Part shown: positions 1-11,770 of the stretch, piece after piece
How positions within the stretch are numbered: position 1 is the stretch's first letter
Layout of the letters: every line of letters begins with the position of its first letter
NCBI GenBank assembly: GCA_963693365.1
Contig: CAVNZM010000004.1
Span: 8,345,093 to 8,409,092, forward strand
Source of the DNA: Amoebidium appalachense
Taxonomy: Eukaryota > Protista > Ichthyosporea
Length of the DNA: 64,000 nucleotides
Reading direction: 5' to 3'
Translations under genes and position numbers: made by a program
Notes under the pieces: generated by a model
Told to the model about the DNA's origin: nothing
Databases searched by the model: none
Seen by the model: only the letters and a program-made list of their open reading frames with translations

Positions 1-501
1 TACATTCCGATCTAACTTTATCGTGCGCCTGCACGAGCTAAGTCGATCGGCTCACACTAATATAATTATTCAAGTCTCACCCCTCACCCTTCCCCTAGTG
101 GCACCGCAGAGTCTAATTCTACATTTCATACTATCCCCTCCCCCCCCCTCCCTCCCCCCTTTCTTCTACATCGAAACATATAAATACGTCACGGTTTGGC
201 AGCATACACTATCAAAACTTGCCAATACTTACAAAGGGCTTCTGCCCGAACTTATCACATTCCAAAGTCCTCCTATGATCTATCCTACACACTAATTAGA
301 ATTCTATTGGTCGGCTGCCCCGGCTGACGTGGTCCAATGCCCTGCGCCGGCAGAGGCAAGATGCACGCAGCTGTACAGCTATCTTGAGGCCTCGGACTTG
401 ATCTTGATGATCTGTGGACCCGGGCCACCCCCCCCCCCCCCCCCCCCCGGATCTCGATCGTCGACTTAGGCTGATCTGCTGAGACGGATTAGTATATGTC
501 A
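1..501 (-). repeat. Inverted copy of the 2679-3221 segment (retroelement-derived dispersed repeat); runs off the window start
   Basis: The reverse complement of 1-60 matches 3162-3221, and the match extends to 501 <-> 2679 (tgacatatactaatccgtctcagcagatcagcc). It differs mainly in G/C-run length and small indels. Confidence 0.95.
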
Positions 502-1027
502 GCATGAGTGGTACCACCGGTCCGGGCAGCAGTATCGCCAACAGCGTCACGGGGAGCAGGGAAAACAGGGGGAATCTGAACAGGAGCAAGCTCAACACGG
601 ACGGATTCGAATGCTGCTTGAGGAATAGGCCGAGACGAGTCAGGTTGCCGAGGAGTAGACAGCATTGCTTCAAGACGAGAAATCTGCTCGGATATACTCG
701 AGACCGTCGCAGTGAGAGCCTTGTTTGCTTCAGTGAGAGACTGGAGTTGCTCATGAAGACGTCGGTTTTCCTCACGCAAATCATCTTCAGTAGCAGAGGA
801 AATGCGGGGATTCTTGGAGTGGGGCTCTCAGCAGTAGACTCATCATCTGAAGAGGCTGGGTAGCCGTGCTTCTGAGCACCACGAGCTGCAGCGGAATCTT
901 GAGAGTCCATCTGCATGGGGGTGGAGTTCACAATGGGATCTTTGGGATCTTCCACGGCCAGAGGGGAGTACCGGTTGGTGGCCTCAGCCCCGGCTCCCCG
1001 AGAGCGACTGCCGGGTGTCTTGCTCAT
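489..1027 (-). pseudogene. Gag/ORF1-like protein remnant of a retroelement (frameshifted)
   Basis: The N-terminus MSKTPGSR...NRYSPLAVED (an NR[F/Y]xxL motif common in retroelement ORF1/gag) shifts frame near 780 into a heptad-rich stretch, REENRRLHEQLQSLTEANKALTATVSSISEQISRLEAML. It is contiguous with the repeat at 1-501. Confidence 0.5.
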
Positions 1028-1084
1028 AGTGGTGTGTGTGTTACCACGTGTTTTTCACAAAAAAATGAAGTGAGTGTGATATTT

Positions 1085-1292
1085 GAAAGTGCAACCGTAC
1101 ACAAGATTCAGATTCGTGAAAAGTCAAGTGATGTGATCAACATTGTCCTTGTCAGAGTCGAAACTCCTGAAAGTGCAACCGTACACAAGATTCAGATTCG
1201 CGAAATTTCAAGTGATGTGATCAACTGTTACAACTTGTCAGAGTCGAAACTTGAACTCAAGTGATGTGATCAACAATTTGTCAGAGTCGAAA
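1085..1292. repeat. Tandem duplication of an ~84-bp unit (2 copies plus a partial third)
   Basis: gaaagtgcaaccgtacacaagattcagattcg occurs at 1085 and 1169; tcaagtgatgtgatcaac...ttgtcagagtcgaaac occurs three times. Confidence 0.9.
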
Positions 1293-1294
1293 CA

Positions 1295-2670
1295 CTTTTT
1301 CTCTGCCTTCTATGAGTTGGGATTCATTCCTTCGTTGTGGAATGACACCATCATTAATCCAGTCCGCAAGAAGGTCTCTACTGGTCCGATTTCTTCCTTC
1401 CGGCCAGTCACCTTAACTAACATATTTCGTCGCCTATTCGAGTCCTGCATATTGCGTGCACCTTCCACAACTTGCATGAGACCTTATCGAGTGTCTTCCG
1501 GTTGAGCAACATTCAGGGCGGATTTCGGCGTGCTTATTCGTGCTATACGCATGCTCTTCTATTACACGACACTATGTTCTGGATGTCGCGAGGTATGCTT
1601 TATCGACCTTAAGAATGCCTATTAGTAAGTATGACACGGTTCCAACGAATTTGCTGTGGCACAAGTTGGCCTCTCGAGGGCTACCTCTAAGTTCCCTTTG
1701 GTCGGCTACTTCAGGCGTTATTTGACTGCACCCATGGGGCTGCCGTTGTGAATGGACTACTGAGTAACGGATTCAATCGTACTCAGAGGCCTTTTACAGG
1801 GCTCACTTTTGGGTCGGCCTTCTCTTTGATGTCTTTCAAGTTATTGACAACTTAGCGGCAGAAATTCAACAATTTCCAGTTGCCGGCGACTCTTGTGTCT
1901 CCGGCCTTTTTTTCGCTGATGATATAATTTGTCTTAGTCACTCACGATCCTTCTATCATGAATAACATGCTTTCTCGAGTAGATGACTGGTGCTTCCGAA
2001 ATTTCATGCGTGAAAGAAAATTGGGATAGACAAATGCGGCACCTTTTCTTCCAATGCACAGTACACTCTGAACAATCAACCTATCCCAATCGTGTCCTCC
2101 TATGACTATTTAGGTATTCCTTTCACCTCTAAGAGTATCTGGTTTGAGCGCCTTTTGACTTCGCGCATTTCTCGTGCGCGTGGTCGCTTACATATTTATC
2201 AAGGAATATTCGCAAAATATCTCTAATATTCATCGTAACAATTTGCTCACTCTTTATAAAGTTTTTCTTCGTTCATGTTTCGAATATGGCCTCCCGTTAC
2301 TCTTGTGTGCCCCTCCACGGCAACAGCGCGCGGCTCTTCGGGAATTCGATTCGTTTCAGCGTGAATTCATCCAGTTTATTTCTCGAACCTCGCGTAGGCA
2401 TCCTTTGGCGGCTCCCTTGCTGAGTGTTTTTGGTCTCCCTCCGGCGCGCCAGCGTATGAATGAATTAGGACTTCGCTTTTGCTTTCATTTGGTTAGGCTT
2501 CCTTCTTATCATCCTTTGTTGCAATTCTTTCCCTCTTTAGCACCTGTTCCCGGCATTTTTAATGTTCGTGCGAAATGTCCTATCCCCAATCTCTCTCCCA
2601 TTCCGAGATATCCTTTAATTTAAATACCTATCTCTTTTATTTTTCTCTTCTACTAGTTATCAGCAGTATG
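1295..2670 (+). mobile_element. Decayed non-LTR (LINE) retrotransposon reverse transcriptase, with stops and frameshifts
   Basis: RT motifs appear in order: WNDTIINPVRKK...SSFRPVTLTNIFRRLFE, FIDLKNAY, DTVPTNLLWHKL, GLLQGS, FFADD (ttc gct gat gat 1912-1923), SYDYLGIPF, LTLYKVFLRSCFEYGL. Confidence 0.9.
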
Positions 2671-2678
2671 TTACTTGG

Positions 2679-2761
2679 TGACATATACTAATCCGTCTCA
2701 GCAGATCAGCCTAAGTCTACGATCGAGATCATCATCGGGGGGGGGGGGGGGGGGGGGGGTG

Positions 2762-2804
<43 letters not shown>

Positions 2805-3540
2805 GGCCCGGGTCCACAGATCATCAAGATCAAGTCCGGGGCCTCAAGATAGCTGTACAGCTGCGAGCATCTTGCCTCTGCCGGCGCAGGGCAGGACCAC
2901 GTCAGCCGGGGCAGCCAACCAATAGAATTCTAATTAGTGTAGTAGGATAGATCATAGGAGGACTTTGGAATGTGATAAGTTCGGGCAGAAGCCCTTTGTA
3001 AATATTGGCAAGTTTTGATAGTGTATGCTGCCAAACGTATTTATATATTTCGGTGTATAGGAAGGAGTAGATGAGGGGGGGGGGGGGAAAGTATGAAATG
3101 TAGAATTGGACTCTGCGGTGCCACTAGGGGAAGGGAGAGGGGTGAGACTTAGATAATTATATTAGTGTGAGCCGATCGACTTAGCTCGTGCAGGCGCACG
3201 ATAGAGTTAGATCGGAATGTATGGAATGTGGCATCGTAGGGGGCCAGGTGATGATGATCTTGTAGGGCACGGCCTTGATAGCCTCAGTTGTGACTTAGCT
3301 GGATTCCGTACGGATCCCAGTCTTGCCCGTCGGAGCCTGGTCTAGAATAAACTTTACCGTTTTCCATACACGTTCGTTCCTTTCCGTGTGTGTACACTTA
3401 GAAGAGTGAAGCGTGTCTTAATACACGCAAGTTAGGATACGACACTCGGTTTCATACTCAATATCCTTTGCTTCATCGTTGTGATACATAAAGAGTATCA
3501 TGGTAGGGCTCTTGAGCCTGTGCTTCTTTTTATATTAGAG
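2679..3540 (+). mobile_element. Inserted fragment of the same repeat family as 1-501, interrupting the LINE
   Basis: 2679-3221 is the inverted match to 1-501. AATAAA occurs near 3346. acttg flanks the insert at 2673-2677 and 3541-3545 (possible target duplication). Confidence 0.6.
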
Positions 3541-3925
3541 ACTTGTCTATTTTCTTTACAATCGTTGTGTAAATTAGGTAGTACTTATATTTATCCTTCC
3601 TCTCGTAAACCTACCACTTTACCGATTATGCAATTCTAACCCCTCCTTGTGATAAAGCTCGGAAATGTTTATTTTGGCGCTGTAACCTTTGTTTCCATAA
3701 ATGTTTGTGCCACTTTTGTGCAGAACCTTTTTCTCGTAAACACTTAGATAGATGTATTTATTTATCTCAGATTATTTCGTTAGAAATTAGAAGACTCCAG
3801 GCTGGCTTATTCAGACAATCCTGATATTACGTCTATTGACTATCTGTTGAACCACGTTATGTTTAACGAGTTTTCTAGGGTGTATGATTTTTTAAGTCGT
3901 TATCTCCTCCGTATCCGAGATTGAG
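3541..3925 (+). pseudogene. C-terminal remnant of the LINE ORF2 (Cys/His-rich domain)
   Basis: Across a frameshift it reads WRCNLCFHKCLCHFCAEPF-SRKHLDRC...IDYLLNHVMFNEF, resembling the Cys/His C-terminus of non-LTR ORF2. It has the same T-rich composition as 1295-2670. Confidence 0.6.
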
Positions 3926-5017
3926 GGCTTTTGTATTTTCTTCTCCGAGATATCGGTGATATCTCGATGATATCGGTGATATCTCGATGGCTTCTATTTT
4001 GCTGAGCATATCATATAAAGTCATTATAAAAAAAGGTAATTACATAATGGATGTTGATGTGTCAGTCCTTGGAAAAATCGATTTCTACATCAGCAATCTT
4101 GTTGCGGCATCCAAAAGCTGTCGTAAACTACCCGACGACATCGGAAACCCCTCAACACCTCCAAAACTAACCCCAAATACATATCATTGCTCCCCGACGT
4201 CCAATGGATGTGTCGTAATCTGCTCGATCCGATACCCGATGCACCAATGGATGTACATAGAACCCCGCGAGTGCATATCCAATGGGTGTGCAATGTAGCC
4301 ATCTAACCGACGTGCAATAGATCCAACATACGACGTCCAGTCGGTGGGTATATGACGGCGGCCAGGGGGCATTCAGACAGTCGTAACACCGTCTACGGGA
4401 GGATCAGAACGCCACCCTGTGGACGATCTTATGCATGTCTATGGTTTGATGTAAAGCCATATAACGGAGCACTGTAAACGCATCGAATGTATGGTATTAA
4501 TACCCTCTTGATCAAATACGTATGACTATCACATGTATGTCTATCGTTTGTTGTAAAGCAATGCAATGGAGCACTGCAAAACCATCCAGTTGATTATAAA
4601 AATAGATCGAAATCCAATCGTTCAGACGCCCTTTCCGACATCCGAAACACAACCAGTGGATATACCATGGGTGGGTTTGTGCTAACCCATGACCTATCAT
4701 AAGATGTGATTTGCATCCTACTACAGATTTACATTACGATGTTGTAAACAGATGCATAGGAGGACATTACGACATATAATGTAGATGACGCATATTAATA
4801 CATTTGACGTCGTAACGTACACTTGCATATGTTGTAAGGGTGTGCTATGCACATGCACAATGTGCTTTTTGGTGCGTCATAAACCCATCCTTACATGCAT
4901 AATGGCATGTTCAATGTATGATAATGATATCATACATCATACGTCATAAAATCACTGTAAGGACACATACAATATGACATCAGACGGTAAGAAGAGCGCA
5001 TAAAGATGTTTCTTTGC

Positions 5018-5205
5018 GTCTCGCTCCACAGGAGCAGAGACGGATACCATATGTACTTTTTTGTCTCGCTCCACTGGAGCAGAGACCACGCCTGACAGTT
5101 TGTTTTTTCTCACAACTTGTTACAAATTTTTAAGTCTCGTTCCACAGGAGCGAGACTGCAATACAACAAATTTCTATGTCTCGACTCCGGAGTCTGCTCC
5201 AGACT
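5018..5205. repeat. Cluster of ~24-bp imperfect palindromes (gtctcgctcc-aca-ggagcagagac)
   Basis: Copies lie at about 5018, 5063 and 5134, with a diverged copy near 5178. Confidence 0.8.
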
Positions 5206-5613
5206 GCACTAGACACCAAAACATATCAAAAAAAGAAAAAAAAAAGAGGGTGGTGGGGGGGGGGGGGGGGGGGGGGGGCTTCTATCATCCCACTAGTCCT
5301 CATCCTCATCCTCCCCACCCTCATCTCCTTCCCCCCCCCCAGCCGGGGGGGGGGGGGGGGGGGGGGGGAAGGAGTATAAAAGAGCAGCAACGAACATAAA
5401 CAAAACTCAAAACAAGCAAACTATTATGCGGGTTTCTAAGAAGCTCCCAACATCATTAAACTAAACACATGCTAATCCCTTGACAGAAGAGTAACAAGGT
5501 GTGTGTGTATGTGTATGAGGCCCAAAAAAAAAAAAAAAGGACGCCCAACATGACAATATAAGGGGGGCACTCTTACACCAAACCATACCATACCAAATGC
5601 CGGCAGAGTAATT

Positions 5614-5857
5614 AACAGGACAAAGAGCCGGTACCCACCTATGGGTGCTAAACATGCACATGATCATTCATGTGCTATAAGAGCAACACAGAAACGAAAC
5701 ACGGAAACAACAGCAGCCATAGGACAAAGAGCCCCAGACCCACAGGGTCTTGCCTCCATACTTTATTTACCTTAACAGGACAAAGAGCCGGTACCCACCT
5801 ATGAAACGAAAAACGGAAACAACAGCAGCCATAGGACAAAGAGCCGGTACCCACCTC
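5614..5857. repeat. Interleaved short direct repeats
   Basis: ggacaaagagccggtacccacct x3 plus a partial copy; acggaaacaacagcagccataggacaaagagcc x2. Confidence 0.85.
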
Positions 5858-5968
5858 TAGATGATAACGTAGCCTTATAGCTGCTGATGACTTCATGGGC
5901 CAACCTTGCCAAAACCTGTAAAGGAACTCGAGCTAAGAATTTGCTCATCCTACTTGCGAGAAGTGGGG

Positions 5969-6002
<34 letters not shown>

Positions 6003-6403
6003 GAGGGGGCTGACTGAGAGTGGCAAAAAAAGAGTCGACAGAACCAACCTCAAACATAGTAAGGACGGAAACCCGGACCAGAACTTATGAAGTCTAGAGA
6101 AGCAGAAAATAGCTTGAACGATCGGTGGAGGGGATGATAGCTATAGTGCTAACAGCAAAAGTAGTGCCCACAGTCGCTGGTTCATGAACGTGAAAGGCAA
6201 CGTGCATCTGCAGCCAGCAGACACACGCACACGCACGCACGCACACACACATACACACACACACACACAGACACATGACACAGACCAGACAGACAAACGC
6301 CATATGCACAAAAGCAGGCAACACAAAACTAACCTTCAAGAAGAAGCTGCAACATGCAGCATGGTCCAAAACAATCAGCACGGTGGCTGCGCGATCTGCG
6401 GAG

Positions 6404-6513
6404 GGGATCTGTGACCAGGCGCTGCGGGAAGGGAACTGCGACCAGGCGACCTGCGGGAAGGGACCTGCGACCAGGCGACCTGCGGGAAAGGACCTGCGGA
6501 CCTGCGGGAAGGG
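6404..6513. repeat. ~29-bp GC-rich minisatellite, about 3.5 copies
   Basis: Unit gacctgcgggaagggacctgcgaccaggc, with variants. Confidence 0.85.
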
Positions 6514-6856
6514 GGAAGAGAAATGGAGAAAACAACGTGCGTACAGGCTTAAATGGAGAAAAAATTGCAAACCGGATTGGGATTTAGCCAATCACTATTC
6601 GCCGCGCCTGATTAGGAAAAAGATAAAAATAGATTTCGGCTCGCGCGCGCGCGTGCATCAGCTTGGTGCCCTTAGCGCTACCCTTAGTGCCCTTAGTCAC
6701 AACTATCAGACTATAGTTACGTGTCCTCCACTTCTTTGTTCTTGACCATTTTTTCGGCATGAAAGGGTTTCTGTTACTTCTTGCTGTCCTTCTTAGCGTG
6801 CTTGCTTGTCTTTTTTTCAACATGGGTGTCACTGGCGCTTTCGACTTCTTTGAAAT

Positions 6857-6862
6857 CACACA

Positions 6863-6893
<31 letters not shown>

Positions 6894-6927
6894 GCGCGCG
6901 CGCACGCACACACACTCACACATGCAC

Positions 6928-6959
<32 letters not shown>

Positions 6960-7050
6960 GGCGCGCACACACAGGCACGCACACACACACAGGCGCACAC
7001 CTACACAACACACACAGCACATGCACACACAAGCGCACACACGCACACAC
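6857..7050. repeat. Compound (CA)n/(CG)n microsatellite
   Basis: (CA)n runs flank a pure (CG)n tract at about 6879-6903. Confidence 0.9.
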
Positions 7051-7424
7051 CCTGTTATCCCTGATCATGATGCCCCCTCCCCCCTCCCTCTTCCCCCCCG
7101 CGCACCCCCCCCCCCCCCCCCCCCCACCCACCCCACCCACCCACCTACAAAGACGAAAACATTGTACATGTATTGCATACACAAATATACTCGCACATAT
7201 ACATACACACATTCACTTTAATCTTTCAGGCTACATGTGCAATATACATTAATTATGCACAGTCGATAGAATTCGTTGTGAAACCCCCCCCCCCCCCCCC
7301 CCCCCCTCCTCGTTCCCCCCATATGCAATGGGGATAATATTGTTTCCCGCTATTAATTAAAAAATCACCGTTCTAACGTCCTAAGACCGAACCACTTGTA
7401 ACACCGACAGTTTCGGTTGTGTGG

Positions 7425-7467
<43 letters not shown>

Positions 7468-7578
7468 CCCTCCCACCACCTTACCAATATTGAGGTGTAC
7501 ACTGCCCCCACATCCCCAACTGTGTGCTGAATATCCCGTGCTAGGAAACCAATAACGTGAAAGTAACACATGCCGCAT

Positions 7579-10000
7579 GTGGGTAGTTATTGAAAAAACC
7601 AATAATGTCTAGGTAACATACTATGTACATATACTATGCTACAAAGGGGGTTCTATACGAGCTACAACGTTGTGTTTTTTTCGTGTGACCCTCGTACTCC
7701 AGGGGCACATTCACCATCCCCCCCATAAACTTTGTGGTAAAGCTCTCGTGCTAGAAGCTGTTCTGTGGGTAGTTATTGAAAAAACGAATAATGTCTAGGT
7801 AACACGTGTACTTATACTATGCTACAAGGGGGGTTCTATTCGAGCTACAATGTTGTGTTTTTTTCGTGTGACCCTCGTACTCCAGGGGCACATTCACCAT
7901 CCCCCCCATAAACTTTGTGGTAAATCTCTCGTGCTAGAGGCTGTTCTGTGGGTAGTTATTGAAAAACCAATAATGTCTAGGTAACATATGTACATATACT
8001 ATGCTACAAGGGGGGTTCTATACGAGCTACAACGTTGTGTTTTTTTCGTGTGCCCCTCGTACTCCAGGGGCACATTCACCATCCCCCCCATAAACGTTGT
8101 GGTAAAGCTCTCGTGCTAGAAGCTGTTCTGTGGGTAGGTATTGAAAAAACCAATAATGTCTAGGTAACACATGTACATATGCTATGCTACAAGGGGGGTT
8201 CTATACGAGCTACAACGTTGTGTTTTTTTCGTGTGACCCTTGTACTCCAGGGGCACATTCACCATCCCCCCCATACACTTTGTGGTAAATGTCTCGTGCT
8301 AGAAGCTGTTCTGTGGGTAGTTATTGAAACAACCAATAATGTCTAGGTAACACATGGACATATACTATGCTACAAGGGGGGTCTATTCGAGCTACAACAT
8401 TGTGTTTTTTTTCGTGTGACCCTCGTACTCCAGGGGCACATTCTCCATCCCCCCATAAACGTTGTGGTAAATGTCTCGTGCTAGAAGCTGTTCTGTGGGT
8501 AGTTATTGAAAAAACCAATAATGTCTAGGTAACATACTATGTACATATACTATGCTACAAGGGGGGTTCTATTCGAGCTACAATGTTGTGTTTTTTTCGT
8601 GTGACCCTCGCACTCCAGAGGCACATTCACCATCCCCCCCATAAACTTTGTGGTAAAGCTCTCGTGCTAGAAGCTGTTCTGTGGGTAGTTATTGAAAAAA
8701 CGAATAATGTCTAGGTAACACATGTACTTATACTATGCTACAAGGGGGGTTCTATTCGAGCTACAACATTGTGTTTTTTTCGTGTGACCCTCGTACTCCA
8801 GGGGCACATTCTCCATCCCCCCCATAAACTGTGTGGTAAATGTCTCGTGCTAGAAGCTGTTCTGTGGGTAGTTATTGAAAAAACCAATAATGTCTAGGTA
8901 ACATACTATGTACATATACTATGCTACAAGGGGGGTTCTATACGAGCAACAACGTTGTGTTTTTTTCGTGTGACCCTCGTACTCCAGGGGCACATTCACC
9001 ATCCCCCCCATAAACTTTGTGGTAAAGCTCTCGTGCTAGAAGCTGTTCTGTGGGTAGTTATTGAAAAAACGAATAATGTCTAGGTAACACATGTACTTAT
9101 ACTATGCTACAAGGGGGGTTCTATTCGAGCTACAATGTTGTGTTTTTTTCGTGTGACCCTCGTACTCCAGAGGCACATTCACCATCCCCCCCATAAACGT
9201 TGTGATAAATCTCTCGTGCTAGAGGCTGTTCTGTGGGTAGTTATTGAAAGACCAATAATGTCTAGGTAACATATGTACATGTACTATGCTACAAGGGGGG
9301 TTCTATACGAGCTACAACTTTGTGTTTTTTTCGTGTGACCCTCGTACTCCAGGGGCACATTCACCATCCCCCCCCACAAACTTTGTGGTAAATTTCTCGT
9401 GCTAGAGGCTGTTCTGTGGGTAGTTATTGAAAAAACCAAAAATGTGTAAGAAACATATGTACATGTACTATGCTACAAGGGGGGTTCTATACGAGCTACA
9501 ACGTTGTGTTTTTTTCGTGTGACCCTCGTACTGCAGGGGCACATTCACCATCCCCGGCATAAACGTTTTGGTAAATAAAACGCAGTAGGCCGTCGAATGT
9601 GGCGGGGCCTCCGGCAGTGTCCACGCTATAGAAAGTGTGTAAACCCCTAACACAATGTACATAATACTATGCTACACGGGGGGTTCTATTCGAGCTTCAA
9701 GGTTGTGTTTTTTTCGTGTGACCCTCGTACTCCAGGGGCACATTTACCATCCCCCCCATAAACTTTGTGGTAAATTTCTCGTGCTAGAGGCTGTTCTGTG
9801 GGTAGTTATTGAAAAACCAATAATGTCTAGGTAACATATGTACATATACTATGCTACAAGGTGGGTTCTATACGAGCTACAACGTTGTGTTTTTTTCGTG
9901 TGACCCTCGTACTCCAGGGGCACATTCACCATCCCCCCTTATAATTTGTGGTGAATTTCTCGTGGTAGAAGCTACTCTGTGGGTAGTTATTGAAAAAACC
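7579..10000. repeat. Satellite array: 13 units of 181-186 bp, one a ~199-bp variant
   Basis: The unit anchor gtgggtag(t/g)tattgaaa starts at 7579, 7765, 7948, 8130, 8313, 8495, 8681, 8864, 9050, 9233, 9416, 9798 and 9979. It is replaced by unrelated sequence near 9600. Confidence 0.97.
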
Positions 10001-10084
10001 CGATGCTTATAAGTAACGCATGCACAAATTGTCATCATAGCATTATACTACCACAGTAGTTGGTCGACAATCGAGTGATACAGC

Positions 10085-10154
10085 ATGGTGACAGGATACG
10101 AATTCACCGAGGACTCACTCAACGAGATGAACGAGCGTTACAGAACGTACGTGT

Positions 10155-10191
<37 letters not shown>

Positions 10192-10871
10192 GCCCCCCTC
10201 TCTTCCCTCCTTCCCACTACGACCCCCCCCCCCCCCCCCCCCTCCCTGCACGTGTCTAGGTGTATAGATCCTACAGGTAATGATGGCAGAACTTTCGCCA
10301 TTTGGTAATGGACTCCGTGCCGCTCTAGTGCATTATATTGTAAAGTAATATCACCAACAAAAAACGCAGGCTCGGCAAAGCTGCGTACGAGTGCTTCAAG
10401 GACTCCACCAAAAACGAACTCAAAACATCGAAATTCCATGCTGGTGTGCATTATTCTGACGACTATCGCCTCTTTGGCCCGGTGGAGTCAGCTGAGAGCT
10501 GGGAGCGTGCACACAAATACTACTGCAAGATGCCGTATCGTATGACCGACAAGAACTCTGCATTGAATATTTTGCAGTTGAGTACTAGTACTCCAAAATA
10601 TGGTGAAATCTACGATATCCGGCGAGCATGTTTGTATGTCGTAGTCCACATGTCGACGATATTATGTATCGTCTTACGACCGTTTGTACCGTACGATATA
10701 TCGTTTTACGACAGTAATATGGTCAGGATGGTATTGTTACAGTCTTGGGGATGGCCCATGGATATACATAAGGCGTGTTATGGATTATGTTTGGACATCT
10801 TTATTACACCTACTAGACATGTGAACCACCGAAAGGTGGATACTACAAGATGGATACATTTGCACGGTTAA
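10085..10871 (+). CDS. Plavaka-type transposase C-terminal fragment, spliced (exons 10085-10146, 10370-10871)
   Basis: Removing the GTACGT...ACGCAG intron (10147-10369) joins MVTGYEFTEDSLNEMNERYRT in frame to LGKAAYECFKDSTKNELKTSKFHAGVHYSDDYRLFGPVESAESWERAHKYYCKMPYRMTDK. This fits the KxHxxxHY...R.FG...ExxERxH...KxxYRxT motif recalled for Plavaka/CACTA transposases. Confidence 0.75.
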
Positions 10872-11150
10872 TAACGTGCAGGGGATTGATGGGGGCCCAA
10901 CCAAATTTTGCATTAGGCAGTGTCTCTGTGTGGGTGATGTAACAAAACCGGTCGGACTGTCCCCCCATTTCTGTGGGAAAAGTTATTGACCGTTGTACGT
11001 CCATATTATGCAATTGCAAAATGCGCTGTAATACATAGGGAAAGGGGGGGGGATTCAACGGTTAATAACGTGCAGGGGATTGTTGGGAGCACAACCAAAC
11101 TTTGCATTAGGCAGTTTCTCTGTGTGGGGGGTCTAACAAAACCGGTCGGA
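10864..11150. repeat. Direct repeat of ~93 bp with period ~194 bp
   Basis: acggttaataacgtgcaggggattg...aacaaaaccggtcgga at 10864 and 11058. Confidence 0.9.
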
Positions 11151-11266
11151 ATGGGGGGATATCACCACTTTCATTCCGCGGCCACCTGATGAGCCTCATC
11201 CGCTTTCCATGAGGCGTGCAAAAACAAATTCACATGTCAGTTGCGCCCGTTAGATAATCTCCTTGT

Positions 11267-11465
11267 GATCATTATGATGACCGTATGGATTTTGGTATGT
11301 GATCACTATAATGATCGTATGAGGCATAGAATGAGATCATTATGATGATCGTATGGGGGTATAACTAGCGATCCTTATGGTGGTCGTATGGGGCATATAA
11401 TGAGATCATTATAATGATCGTATGGGGGTATAATTAGCGATCCTTATGGTGGTCGTATGGGGCTT
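11267..11465. repeat. 34-35-bp minisatellite, 6 copies, alternating A/B units
   Basis: gatc(a/c)ttat(g/a)...tcgtatgggg units at about 11267, 11301, 11335, 11370, 11404 and 11439. Confidence 0.9.
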
Positions 11466-11515
11466 CTATGAAAAACTACTCCGGGGGTCATTCATTCCCA
11501 GGACACCCCTACCCC

Positions 11516-11770
<255 letters not shown>

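Noticed and set aside
7579-10000. CRISPR-like or rDNA/5S array
   Set aside because: Whole units are near-identical with no variable spacers, and I recognise no rRNA or tRNA sequence in them.
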